IMG/VR virus record: IMGVR_UViG_3300037423_001503
Length of the DNA stretch: 64,000 nucleotides
Source: a virus
Reading direction: 5' to 3' (one strand)
Shown here piece by piece: positions 48,575-58,572 of the stretch. The notes beneath the pieces were generated by a model. The model had not been told where the DNA came from, made no database searches, and saw nothing but the letters and a program-made list of their open reading frames with translations. A program made the position numbers and the translations under genes. Numbering within the stretch: position 1 is the stretch's first letter; every line of letters begins with the position of its first letter.

Positions 48575-49885
48575 TTAGCCGTTGACGAGGCCGACGCCGC
48601 CGATGACGTTGAAGGCCACCGGTGCGCGGGCGGCGGTGAAGCCGACACGCTGCTCAGCGCGGAAGATCGTCTGGTTGCTGGTGAAGAGGACGTGCGGCGA
48701 CTCGTCGACCGTGATGCCCTGGCGGTCGAGGATCAGAGCCTCGGAGAAGTCTCCGACGATGACGCGCGACTCGTTCGTGCCCGTACCGAGGTTGGTCGGG
48801 ATGCGGTTGCTGGTGACGACCTTGAAGCCGAACAGTGACTTGTTGGCTGCGCGCCCCTGCTGGACCGAGTCCGGACCGACGAGGTACAGACCGGCTGCGT
48901 CCTTAGCCTTCAGGATGCGCGTCCAGGTGCGTGGGTGCATGACGATCGCGTTAGGCTCGCCGTGGTTGTTCTGGACGTCAGCGATGGCGTCCAGGATCGC
49001 GTCGAGCAGTCCGCCGTCGTCGGTGACGGTCGTGTTGGTCAGCGTGGTAGCGCCGAGACCAGGCGTGTTGAGCAGGCCGAGAGGCTGGCCTGAGCCGGAA
49101 CCGTTGAGGAATGCTGTCTCCTCAAGGGCGACGAGGCGCTTTGCCAGGTCGGCGGTGACCAGACGGTCGACGGCCGGGTTCGAGTCAGCGAGTAGCTGGT
49201 TCGAGATCGTGGCCAGGCCGGCTGCGGTGAAGACCGAAGCCGAGACCGTGGTCTTGCTCATGCTGGTCGACTCAGGCTTGGTCGCAAGCTCCGCGACCCA
49301 TCCAGCCGACGTACCCAGCGTTAGCTGATCAAGCTGTAGCTCGTTCGTGGTGATGTTGAGCTTCGAGCAGAGTGCGCGGAGTACGTTGTCCGACTCGCGT
49401 ACCTCTACGATCTGGCGCTCGATCTGCTTCTCGACGAGGTAGCCGCCCTGGTTGGACGTACCCTCGGTCATCGCCTTTCCGCCAGCGGCGGCCATGAGGC
49501 GCTCGCGCGCCGCGCCGTCACCCTTGGAGGCGATGCGGATGTCGTTGAAGAAGGAATACTCGCCCGAGTCGTAAGGTGTCTCCTCGTCGGAGACTGCCTT
49601 GCCGTCAGTGCGGCCGATAGCGAACGGGCCGATCGGCTTCTTGAGATCCTCGATGACCTCGTCGAGGGTCGTGACCTTGGCGCGGAGCGCCTTGACCTCT
49701 TCCTCGCGCTCACGCTCGGCGCGCTCGGCCTTCAAGCGCTCGATCTCCGGCGTGATCTCGGTCTGGACCTGCTCGATGAAGGACTTGACGTCTTCTGCTG
49801 GTGCGCCGCTCTCAGCCTTGGAGAGAAGCTCGCTTGCACGGCTCTCTAGGGCCTCAATCTTGGCAACGATTTCCTGAAGTTCCAT
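48575..49885 (-). CDS. major capsid protein (HK97 fold, N-terminal coiled-coil delta domain)
   Basis: GGYLV, AGWVAE, ISNQLLADS, FLNGSGSGQPLG, IVGDFS, FRAEQRVG. Confidence 0.95.
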   Translation of the reverse strand: MELQEIVAKIEALESRASELLSKAESGAPAEDVKSFIEQVQTEITPEIERLKAERAEREREEEVKALRAKVTTLDEVIEDLKKPIGPFAIGRTDGKAVSDEETPYDSGEYSFFNDIRIASKGDGAARERLMAAAGGKAMTEGTSNQGGYLVEKQIERQIVEVRESDNVLRALCSKLNITTNELQLDQLTLGTSAGWVAELATKPESTSMSKTTVSASVFTAAGLATISNQLLADSNPAVDRLVTADLAKRLVALEETAFLNGSGSGQPLGLLNTPGLGATTLTNTTVTDDGGLLDAILDAIADVQNNHGEPNAIVMHPRTWTRILKAKDAAGLYLVGPDSVQQGRAANKSLFGFKVVTSNRIPTNLGTGTNESRVIVGDFSEALILDRQGITVDESPHVLFTSNQTIFRAEQRVGFTAARAPVAFNVIGGVGLVNG

Positions 49886-49985
49886 AACTAGTGATAAATC
49901 CTAGAGGGCCGTCCGACATTCAGTGACGTCGGTGATTGGTTCGACTTCACAAAACGTACAGAACGCTCTGACAAATCGAGTACCA

Positions 49986-50948
49986 CTAGTAGACATGGAC
50001 ACCGTCAGCACCCTCAGTGTTGTCCTGAACTTCCTTGAGGCCTACGTGTTCGATGACCTGGCCGAGCTTTCCGACAAGCGCGTCAACGCGCGCAGCGACC
50101 TCCTCGGGAGACATACCAACCGTCTCCTTGAGTTCGCTGAATCGTGAACGGAGTTCATCAGATAGGTGCTCTGTGTTGATCGAGCCGTTGGCGATGTGCT
50201 CGGCTGTGATCGACCCTGGTTCTACCGCGGGCACGACTGGCTCGTCTTCAGCGTCGGGCTCGTCGGCCTCTGGCTCAGCGACTTCAGGCTCGTCAGGTGC
50301 CGGTGTTTCCGTCTCCGGAGCTTCCTCTACCTCCGGCTCGACGACCGGATCATCGACGACCTCGACGGCCGGAACATCCTCATCCTCGGCCTTACCCTCA
50401 AGCGCAGGAGCAGTCTCGAAGGCCTTACCCGCAACTACCGCAAAGGTCGTGCGAGGATTGACCGGGAACGGCGTGACGCTGATCTCACCGAGGTCGACGT
50501 CGTAGATTCGCGGTCCGGCCTTAGTCATACGGCGCTTGAAGATGCCGCCAACTGAGAACGCCTTGATGGTGCCGCGCTTGATCTTGTTGAAGATGTCCTC
50601 GGCCCACGAGCCGGCGGCCGGACGGTCAACGCGGCCTCGCACCCACAGCCCGTGCTCGTCCACCTTGGCGTCGGTGAACACACCTAGCGCCTTGTCGTAC
50701 TGGTGGTGGTAGAGCATGATTGGGTTGATCGCGAGGAAGCTCTTCAGGCCACGCTCGAACGAGCCTGGCTCGAATGCCTCTTCCTGTCGGTCAATTCCCC
50801 AGTCGGAGGCGTAGCCCTCGATCCATAGGTCACCGTTCTCATCCTCGGTGACCTCGTAGGCCTTCTGGTCGAGGAAGAAGTCGTAGCGGAACTCCGCCTG
50901 CTGCGTTCCGTCTGTCTGAGTGGTGACTGCCTTAGTGCCGAATGACAT
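49986..50948 (-). CDS. HK97-family prohead protease with acidic C-terminal extension
   Basis: IEGYAS, MLYHHQ, AFSVGG, EISVTPFPVNP. Confidence 0.9.
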   Translation of the reverse strand: MSFGTKAVTTQTDGTQQAEFRYDFFLDQKAYEVTEDENGDLWIEGYASDWGIDRQEEAFEPGSFERGLKSFLAINPIMLYHHQYDKALGVFTDAKVDEHGLWVRGRVDRPAAGSWAEDIFNKIKRGTIKAFSVGGIFKRRMTKAGPRIYDVDLGEISVTPFPVNPRTTFAVVAGKAFETAPALEGKAEDEDVPAVEVVDDPVVEPEVEEAPETETPAPDEPEVAEPEADEPDAEDEPVVPAVEPGSITAEHIANGSINTEHLSDELRSRFSELKETVGMSPEEVAARVDALVGKLGQVIEHVGLKEVQDNTEGADGVHVY

Positions 50949-50984
50949 AGGGAAAATCGTACGTATCGGCTCGCCAGAAACACG

Positions 50985-51010
50985 AAGGGCCAGGTCGACG
51001 ACCTGGCCCT
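50985..51010 (-). terminator. terminator
   Basis: AGGGCCAGGTC/GACCTGGCCCT inverted repeat. Confidence 0.6.
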
Positions 51011-51035
51011 AAAGAAGCTATGTAGTAGTAGTCGA

Positions 51036-51242
51036 CTACTTGTAGTCGGCTACGGTGTCCTTGTAGACACGCTTACCGGTCCCGCGGCCGGCGGTTCCGG
51101 ACTTACCAGCGACGTGGTAGTCGGGTGCCTTCTGATTCGCGAGGTTGGTGAAGGTCTTGGCCGGCTTCGAAGCGTTGTTGCCCTGGGCTGGGCGTGCGAC
51201 GGAGCGAGCGCGATTAGCGGTGGGCATAGTCTTTCGAGCCAT
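51036..51242 (-). CDS. small basic protein with its own late promoter
   Basis: TGTC-N11-TAATAT-N7-ATG; flanked by terminators. Confidence 0.6.
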   Translation of the reverse strand: MARKTMPTANRARSVARPAQGNNASKPAKTFTNLANQKAPDYHVAGKSGTAGRGTGKRVYKDTVADYK

Positions 51243-51267
51243 GCTGGTTATATTAGACCCCACAACG

Positions 51268-51295
51268 ACAAGAGCCGCCCTCGGGCGGCTCTTGT
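51268..51295 (-). terminator. terminator after RNR
   Basis: ACAAGAGCCGCCC/GGGCGGCTCTTGT inverted repeat. Confidence 0.7.
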
Positions 51296-51318
51296 GACCA
51301 ACGAACTACTTGAGTTTA

Positions 51319-53238
51319 TCAGATTTCGCACGCGCCTGCTACGCAAGCAAGCTCCTGAGAGCCCTCGGTCATGTCGTCAGACTCATACACCGACAACAAC
51401 GACCAATCCACCTCGGTCGGAGATTCGGAGACCAGCTTCGAGAACCGCGCCTCGTCAAGCTCCTCGTACGGTGCCTGCTCGTAGGTGTGTTCAGAGTATG
51501 GCAGGAACGACAGCCCGACGGCGATGTCGAAGTGCTCGTACAGCCAATCTCCGACCTCGTCCCACTCATCGTTGCGGACGTTGACGGTCACGGACGGGTT
51601 GTGGTCGCACCAATGCTCGGCGAAGACCTTCCAGTGTTCGAGAACCTCGATAGCTGAGAGATCTGCGCGTGTGATCGCCGTGTCCGGGGCGACCTTCGGG
51701 TACGAGAAGACCCATGTCTTGTCAGGATTCATGACATCGTCCTCGACAGGAACGTTCGCCATGTACAGGACGTTGGCGACCGGATCATGCTTGTTGCCGC
51801 GGTTGCGGCGCACGTAGCGCCGACCGTGGGCGGCGTGCATGCCGTTGCCGTGGCCACCAACTAGCTCGGTCGAGTTTCCGGCCGGCTTCATACACGTGCG
51901 CGCGAGGGATGCGTTGATGCCGATCTTCGCCGCATACTCGGCATTCGTAGCCTTGACCACGTTGTTGAGGTAATCAAGGATGTTGGCCATCCTTGACTTA
52001 TCAGCCTTGGCGTTCAGCAGCGGCGAGTCCTGCACGCCGGTCATGCCGACGCCGAGCAGGCGCTCTTCCTCGGAGTTCTTCTTCCACTCGTCGCTGATAT
52101 AGCGGAAGTGCGTAAACGACGACTGGACGGTGCCGATGATGGTTGCGACGCGTACCTTATCGGCCAGCGTCGCCTCTGTGTCCTCGGGACGAACCGTGAC
52201 CTGCGACAGATTGCAGAACTGACGATCACGAAGGATGATCTCGCCGCAGGGGTTGAGGCCGAACTTGAACAAACGGCGTCCCAACGAGGTAGCCTTAGCC
52301 GCGGCTGCGACGCGGTTGAAGAATCCGCGCTCGCCACTGCCCGACGCGCGCAACGCCGACCACTCAGCATCGAAGACCGCTCTCGATGGTCGACCATCCC
52401 AGGCCGCTGAGTTGTTAGCTAGAGCGAAATGCTTGCGGTGATCGTCGTCGTACCACGCGCCGGACTTGGCGTCGCGCATGATGAGGTCGTCAGGCGACGA
52501 CAGTGAGATCAACGCAGAACGACGAACGCCGCCCACGACGACGACCTCGCCCACCATGCACATGATGGAATGCGCCTCGAACGGCGTAAGGCGGCGACCG
52601 GCGGCGTGCTCAAACACACCAATTGTGTGCAGAAAGAGCCGCACCAGCGGCGCAGGACCGGAGGCGCGACCGCCGAAGGTCTTGAGCTTCGCGCCGGCCT
52701 CGCGGACACGCGACACGTCGAACTCAGGAATGCGGCCCTCATAGAGAGCAGCAACCAGCGCACGGAACGCGTACGCCCAACCATCCTTGGAATCCTCAAC
52801 AACGATGACTTCATCGCTGCGGATCAGATTGTTGGGGATCTCGGGAAGCTGAGCGACCTCGTCGGCCTCGACAGAGAAGCCAACGCCTGTGCCGCACATC
52901 AAGATGTGCATGGCCTCGTCGAAGGCTTCCTTGCGGTTCACAGCAATGTACGAGCAGTTGTAGGCCGCGGTGGCGTCGCGCTCTAGCGCTGGTCCAGCCG
53001 TCATCAGCGCACGCATCGACGGCAGCACATCGCACGAAAGGATAGACTTCCTGATCAATGCGTAGTCATCTTCAGAGAGCGGTCGATAGCGTCGCTCAAG
53101 ATGACTACGAACATAGTCTACGAAGCGGTCAACGGTTTCTTCCCAGGTCTCACGGCGGCCAAGATCATCACGCCAACGGGCGTACTTAGACTGGTGGATC
53201 TGCTGCTGATAGAGAGTCGGCAGCGAGTGCGACAACAT
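51319..53238 (-). CDS. nrdJ: class II (adenosylcobalamin-dependent) ribonucleotide reductase
   Basis: PSMRALM, YNCSY, GTGVGFS, GGVRRSALISL, NPCGEI, CMKPAG, C-terminal CVAGACEI. Confidence 0.93.
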   Translation of the reverse strand: MLSHSLPTLYQQQIHQSKYARWRDDLGRRETWEETVDRFVDYVRSHLERRYRPLSEDDYALIRKSILSCDVLPSMRALMTAGPALERDATAAYNCSYIAVNRKEAFDEAMHILMCGTGVGFSVEADEVAQLPEIPNNLIRSDEVIVVEDSKDGWAYAFRALVAALYEGRIPEFDVSRVREAGAKLKTFGGRASGPAPLVRLFLHTIGVFEHAAGRRLTPFEAHSIMCMVGEVVVVGGVRRSALISLSSPDDLIMRDAKSGAWYDDDHRKHFALANNSAAWDGRPSRAVFDAEWSALRASGSGERGFFNRVAAAAKATSLGRRLFKFGLNPCGEIILRDRQFCNLSQVTVRPEDTEATLADKVRVATIIGTVQSSFTHFRYISDEWKKNSEEERLLGVGMTGVQDSPLLNAKADKSRMANILDYLNNVVKATNAEYAAKIGINASLARTCMKPAGNSTELVGGHGNGMHAAHGRRYVRRNRGNKHDPVANVLYMANVPVEDDVMNPDKTWVFSYPKVAPDTAITRADLSAIEVLEHWKVFAEHWCDHNPSVTVNVRNDEWDEVGDWLYEHFDIAVGLSFLPYSEHTYEQAPYEELDEARFSKLVSESPTEVDWSLLSVYESDDMTEGSQELACVAGACEI

Positions 53239-53260
53239 GTACTCCTAGTGCTGAAAGTTA

Positions 53261-54505
53261 TTATCTCGTTGCTGGCGGCGGGCCAGGCGGCGAGGTGCGA
53301 CTGACGAAGTCGTCGCGCTCCTCGGAACCGAGAAAAGTATCAACCGCTTTGCCGGTCAAACACGAGGGCAGGCCCAGCGTTCGTACCACCTTATCGGTGG
53401 TTATTAGCCCGATTCCAACGGCCATAACGAGGCCGGCGCGGGCTAGTTTGACCTGGGCGCGCGGGCTAAGCGGTCGCCCCGTCCGCATCTGCGCGCAGGC
53501 GGTCCGGGGAATGCTCGTCGTCCCACTTCTGATAGTACTTCTCGAAGTCGAAACGGAGCTTCTCTGAGCGAGCCTCGGCAATATCGAGAGGCGTCACGTT
53601 CTTACACAGCGACGTCGGCTCGTCGCAAGACGGGCACTTCTTATAGACGTCGATGACAGGCCAGTTGAGATTACAGATCGAGCAGCGGCGGGCGCGCTCG
53701 ACCTCGCCGGGGCGATCAGCGATCACTCTTCGTCCTCCGTGGTGCCGTACATGAGCAGGAAGCGGACGACCTCGTTGAGGACAGCGAACACAGCGATCGG
53801 AATGCCGGCCCACGGTGTAACGGCAAACGTCAACAGCGTGGCCAGCACAAGCAGTGCCTGGCTAAGCGGCGCTAGCACTACTCGTCCTCCAATACCTTGG
53901 AGAAGCGCGGCCACAGGCCGCCAAGATCACAGACCAGGCAGACGCGAGCGAAGCCAGCGCCACGTTCGACCATCTGCTTGCGCTTCTTAGACGAGCCCGA
54001 CGGATCATATGTGACGACGGCCATGGTCTCATTGCCGCAGCCGCAGGTCGTGGCCAAATCGAAGTCCTTGCCGCGCGCCTTCGGAAAGCGGAGTTCCTGC
54101 CCCTCGCAGCGGTCGGGTAGAATCGCCCCGCCCTGACGCTCCACCTCGGCGACGAGGAGATTGATCTCGTCGTGCGTGAACTGGGGGCTGCGCGCGCCGA
54201 AATCGGGCTGCTCGTCGTCACTCATGCTCGTCCTCCTGGGGATCGATCTCTACGGTCTCCCCACAGTGCGGACAGTCGATCTCGATTGAATCGAGATCAA
54301 GCATGAAGTCGAGTTCCGGTTCAGGCCAGTCGCGCGCGACGATTTCACGCATTCGGTCCTTGACAACCGTCAGATAGCCGATAACCTGCTCAGGCGACAT
54401 GCCCTCGTAGGAGAACTCAGGCGCTGTGCCGTTGGCGTTCAGGACGACATCGATGCGGATCGAGCCAACGATCGGCAGGTCTGGTAGTGCTTCCGTTCGC
54501 TGCAT
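53261..54505 (-). other. small ORFs between portal and RNR (53261-53488, 53466-~53726 Zn finger, 53723-~53881 TM, 53878-54225, 54218-54505)
   Basis: Coupled - strand ORFs, CxxC pairs. Confidence 0.5.
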
Positions 54506-54539
54506 GGGGTGCTAGAAGTCTAGCAGTCCCGGCTTGTTT

Positions 54540-54740
54540 TTACCGACGGCGCTTGCGGCGCTTCTTGCGGCGCGATGCCGACGACTTCGGCGTGTTGCGC
54601 GGCTTGCCGCGCTGATACGAATCCACGATGACACGGGTCTTGCCGCGGTCAGGTCCGCGAGGCGAACGCGAGTGCGCCTTGACGGCTACGCCGGTGCGCG
54701 CGCCCGGCTTGCGCTTTCTCTTCTTGCGGCCCTTTGTCAT
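54540..54740 (-). CDS. 66-aa protamine-like Arg/Lys-rich protein
   Basis: MTKGRKKRKRK...RRKKRRKRRR, 7 nt after portal stop. Confidence 0.55.
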   Translation of the reverse strand: MTKGRKKRKRKPGARTGVAVKAHSRSPRGPDRGKTRVIVDSYQRGKPRNTPKSSASRRKKRRKRRR

Positions 54741-54747
54741 GGTCGAT

Positions 54748-57027
54748 CTAGATTACCGTCTCGGGCGGCAGCAAGATTGGCGTGAACGCTCGGCGGCAGC
54801 GCGGATGCTCTAGGCGTCGTTCGCGCGCCTCGTCGATCGTCCAGACCTGGCCGTCGGCGGCAATGCAGGGCTCGTCGTGATCGCGTCCGTCGTGGACGAA
54901 GACATGGGATTCGCCGTTCAACTCGGCCACCGTAAGGACACCCTCGTTGTAGGCATGGACGGCCTCGGTCATGGCCACGGTCTCGGCGTGGCCATCACGC
55001 CAGCGATCCATCTCGCCTCGGATGGCACGCTCGACGTCGGCCTTGGTCTGGCCGGCCTTCAAAGCCTCGGCGACCTTACGGGCAACATCGTTGCGGAGAT
55101 TGTTGATGATCGCGCGAAGACCGCCCTTGCGGTAAACGACCTCCCGCGCTACGGCCTCGTAGTCGACCTCCTCGTCTGGTCGGCGTCCCAGGGTTCCCTG
55201 CTGGATCACCGACGTCGACACGGCGCGCTTCGTGGAGCGCTCAAGCGCGCGAGCCATCAACTCGCTGAACTTGGTCCATGCGGCAGACTTGCGAAGCTTG
55301 CTGCGGATTCGGTCGCCGGGTGCCTTACCTTCGACGGCGCGCTCAAGCTCGTCCAGGAGGTCACGCTCAAGGGAGTGGATTGCTTCCTTGATCTCAGAGG
55401 TAAGCTCGGCCGTAATGGCGTCGACGGCAAGGTCACGATCAGTCATCAGAACGTCGTCCGGAGGCGTGATACGCGACGCAAGATCGTGGTTGGCCGGTTC
55501 CATGGCCTTGATGTCTTCTAGGGGTTCCTGGGAGGCAGCGATCTCCTCTAGGCGCTCCAGGACCTCTTCCGGTGTCGGTGTCTTACCGGATGCCACGGAG
55601 GTGCGCGACTTAGGCTTCGGAACGTTAGTATCGCGGACGCTGCGAGGGAACGCCACGGTGTTCTCTGGGTTCGGCGGCCGGCCCGGTTCGCCAGCGAGGT
55701 TGAAGTCAGGGAAGCCGGCTGTGGTGTCGTTGGCGGTTCCATTCGGACCAGGCAAGTTGATGACCATGTCGTCGCGCTCGTCGCCGAGCGGATCAAGACC
55801 AGCGTACTTGCGCACCTCGCGGATGCGGACTCCCGGCAGAGCCGCGAAGGCCGACGACAGTCGTAGCTTCTCCTCCTCCGGGATGATGTACTCGTACTGG
55901 ATCTTGAAGTCCATCTCCCACGACGAGGTGATGGCGCGCGAGATCGCCTTCTGAAGCTTGTTCAGAAGCGGACGCATCGTCTTGGTGTCGAAGATGCGCT
56001 GATCGGTGTTCCCGGTGCCGGTCTGGGCAGGACTTGCGTAGCCAAGCAGCGACGCCGGCACGCGGAACATCGCTAGGATGCGATCTCGGGAAAGCTCGGT
56101 GAGCGACGCGAAGGCTGCGTCGGTCGCAGACGGCGCGATCGACTGGTACTTCAGGCCGGCTTCGAGCACCATGAGCGCGCCCGCGTTGCGCGGACCGCCG
56201 TACATGGCGCGAAGCTGCGTCTGGAGGCGGCGCAGGACGTCCTTCGGGACACGACGGTCGGACTGCACGACCATCGACGGCTGGGCTCGCTTCTCGTAGT
56301 AGCTGGCCATCGTGTCGGTGAGCGCGAGGTCCATGTCGAAGACGCGCGCGCCACCTTGGATGATGCCCAGCCCGTAGTACGGGTCGTGCGGGTTAGGCAT
56401 CTTGAAGTGCATGACCTGATTAGCCGGGATCTTGAGCTTGCCTGTTCCGGGCACGGAGTACTCATAGGACTCGACGCCCCACTGGCCGGGAACGACCTTG
56501 ATCAGCGGCGGCGCTAGGCGATACAGCGCAAGCGGACGGCCGGAGGAGTCAGGACGCCACTTCAGCCAATAGGCGTTGCCGGTGAGGAGGTAGTCGATCA
56601 ATGTTAGCTCGATAAGCTCCTCATAGTCCATGAACGGATTCGGGGAGTCGAAGAGCTTGCCCAGCAGGAACGGGGCGTCCTTGACCTCGTCAGGCGTATG
56701 AGGGGTGCGGCGCGACTCCGGGATGAACGTCGTGCCGCGCTGCTCGAAGTGCCAGTCCGCCGATGACGCTGTCTCGGAGATGAGCCGGACGCAGTCCATG
56801 ACCCAATCGATGGCGTCGGTCTTGCCGCCGTAGGCGTTGAGGTGCCGCCCGGCCTCGCGCTGTCCGAACGGCATCCGCGTCCGCGCGGGACCATCGACGA
56901 CGATTGGCTGCGTCGGCCCGGCCAAGAGGTCTGGCGTCGCCGGGAACGCCTTCTGGGAAGCGCCACCCTGGGCGCGAATCATCGCCTTGAAATCCACGGC
57001 CACGAATCTTAGGCCGCGCCGTGCCAC
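54748..57027 (-). CDS. HK97-family portal protein fused to C-terminal MuF-like domain
   Basis: PNPFM, LLTGNAY, YYGLG, VLEAGLKYQ, MFRVP; C-terminal AMTEAVHAYNEG...HPRCRR. Confidence 0.88.
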   Translation of the reverse strand: MARRGLRFVAVDFKAMIRAQGGASQKAFPATPDLLAGPTQPIVVDGPARTRMPFGQREAGRHLNAYGGKTDAIDWVMDCVRLISETASSADWHFEQRGTTFIPESRRTPHTPDEVKDAPFLLGKLFDSPNPFMDYEELIELTLIDYLLTGNAYWLKWRPDSSGRPLALYRLAPPLIKVVPGQWGVESYEYSVPGTGKLKIPANQVMHFKMPNPHDPYYGLGIIQGGARVFDMDLALTDTMASYYEKRAQPSMVVQSDRRVPKDVLRRLQTQLRAMYGGPRNAGALMVLEAGLKYQSIAPSATDAAFASLTELSRDRILAMFRVPASLLGYASPAQTGTGNTDQRIFDTKTMRPLLNKLQKAISRAITSSWEMDFKIQYEYIIPEEEKLRLSSAFAALPGVRIREVRKYAGLDPLGDERDDMVINLPGPNGTANDTTAGFPDFNLAGEPGRPPNPENTVAFPRSVRDTNVPKPKSRTSVASGKTPTPEEVLERLEEIAASQEPLEDIKAMEPANHDLASRITPPDDVLMTDRDLAVDAITAELTSEIKEAIHSLERDLLDELERAVEGKAPGDRIRSKLRKSAAWTKFSELMARALERSTKRAVSTSVIQQGTLGRRPDEEVDYEAVAREVVYRKGGLRAIINNLRNDVARKVAEALKAGQTKADVERAIRGEMDRWRDGHAETVAMTEAVHAYNEGVLTVAELNGESHVFVHDGRDHDEPCIAADGQVWTIDEARERRLEHPRCRRAFTPILLPPETVI

Positions 57028-57090
57028 GCTAAGTGGTACGCATCAGTGAGGTGTATTTCAAGCCTCACCCGGCTACTGCCCACACCACTT

Positions 57091-57110
57091 GCCCCCCTCT
57101 ATAGGGGGGC
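57091..57110. repeat. inverted repeat in divergent intergenic region
   Basis: GCCCCCCT-CTAT-AGGGGGGC. Confidence 0.6.
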
Positions 57111-57260
57111 GAAGTGTCAAGTGGCCGATCGCCGCATTCTAGAGCCAAATTTTTTAGGCACCTTCGGACCACTTGAATCTGACGCAGGCGTCATCTTTGT
57201 CGATTTCGCTGTGGTACGAAGCGCCGACGGCAGCCCTTGACATCTGGTACGATTCCTTGT

Positions 57261-57581
57261 ATGGCAGCAAAGCACCCCATCGAGGACGAACTCATCGCCG
57301 CCGAGGCCGCTGTTCGCCACGCTCAGATGGTGCGGAAGTTTCACCGCAGGCGATCTCAGCGCGGAAGCTCGCAGCGCGAGGCCGACCTTCAAGAGGCGCG
57401 CGATCGTCTCAGAAGCGCGATGAAGCCCCTGAGGTCGTATCTCGGCCGCGCATCATCATCCGCCCAGACCAACTACAACGCCGATCTACACGAGCGCGTG
57501 CGCGAGGCGTCGGCTTCAATGCAGCGGGAGCGCCGCAAGCTCCACAAGATGCTCGCCCGGCCGAATGCTCGAAGACGCTGA
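57261..57581 (+). CDS. hypothetical basic coiled-coil protein (leaderless)
   Basis: TACGAT-N7-ATG. Confidence 0.55.
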   Translation: MAAKHPIEDELIAAEAAVRHAQMVRKFHRRRSQRGSSQREADLQEARDRLRSAMKPLRSYLGRASSSAQTNYNADLHERVREASASMQRERRKLHKMLARPNARRR

Positions 57582-58572
57582 AGTAGCAGTCCTCGACCTT
57601 CTCGGCGAGGCCGCGACCGCATTCGCTGCTCTGCAACAAGAGCACACCGCCGACATCAAGGAATTCGTGTCGGCGATCCACGCGGCGCAGAACATCGTAC
57701 TCGGGCGTTGTGGGATGCGCTCGTACAGAACCCTCAAGGGACTTCCCGATGACTGGAAGCGCCCGCAACGACAGGAGTAGTCATCTCCCTATCGCCGATC
57801 GTCTCGTATGAGACCAAGATCCTCGAAGCTGTACAACTTCAGGTCCAGACCGCGCTCTCGAAGAACCTCCTTCAGGGCGTCCAGAACCTCGATTGGGTGG
57901 TCGACGAGATCGCCCACCAGATCGTCGTCCGCCTCCGCGCGTACGTCTACGAAGACCCGAAGCAGCGCCGCCACGAGACCTACCGTGTTGTCGAAAATCG
58001 CGCGCACCCGTCGTGGAAGCACGCGCTGATCGCGTCGCTTCCCGAGAACGCCCTCTACCGGCGGCGCTTTCTCGGCTACCTGTGGGAGATCTCGCCGACG
58101 TACGCGAACACACGCGTCGTCCACGAGGTCGCCTTCAAGGCGCGTGCTCTTTTCCCTGATATGTCGATCCACTACCCGAAGGAACTAGGAAGGGTGCAGT
58201 ACGTGACACAGATCGAGCCGATGGGCTCGCGAGAGGAGAAGTGGTATGTCTAGTTTCGCCGCGGTCGTCGTCGATGAGGTGCTCGAAGAACTACAGGGCC
58301 GAAGCGGCTTCGACGCCTGGGCCGAAGAGATCGACCCTCATATCTGGGAGGCACTCGTAGACCGACTCGTCGAGCGAGTTGAGGAAGTCAGCCGCGGCTC
58401 GATCGTGCTTACGCCCGGAACTGCGTCTGGGTTTCTGCGGGTCACCGAGATCCTTCATGATTGCCTCGGTCCTGGCGCTGGTGACGTCTGGGACGACATC
58501 GACGAGAACGACAAGTCAGCCTATGACGGGTATTGGGACGTCATCACTCAGGTGCGTGAGGTAGCAGCATGA
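57565..58572 (+). other. small hypothetical ORFs (57565-57780, 57897-58253, 58246-58572)
   Basis: Packed + strand ORFs. Confidence 0.5.
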
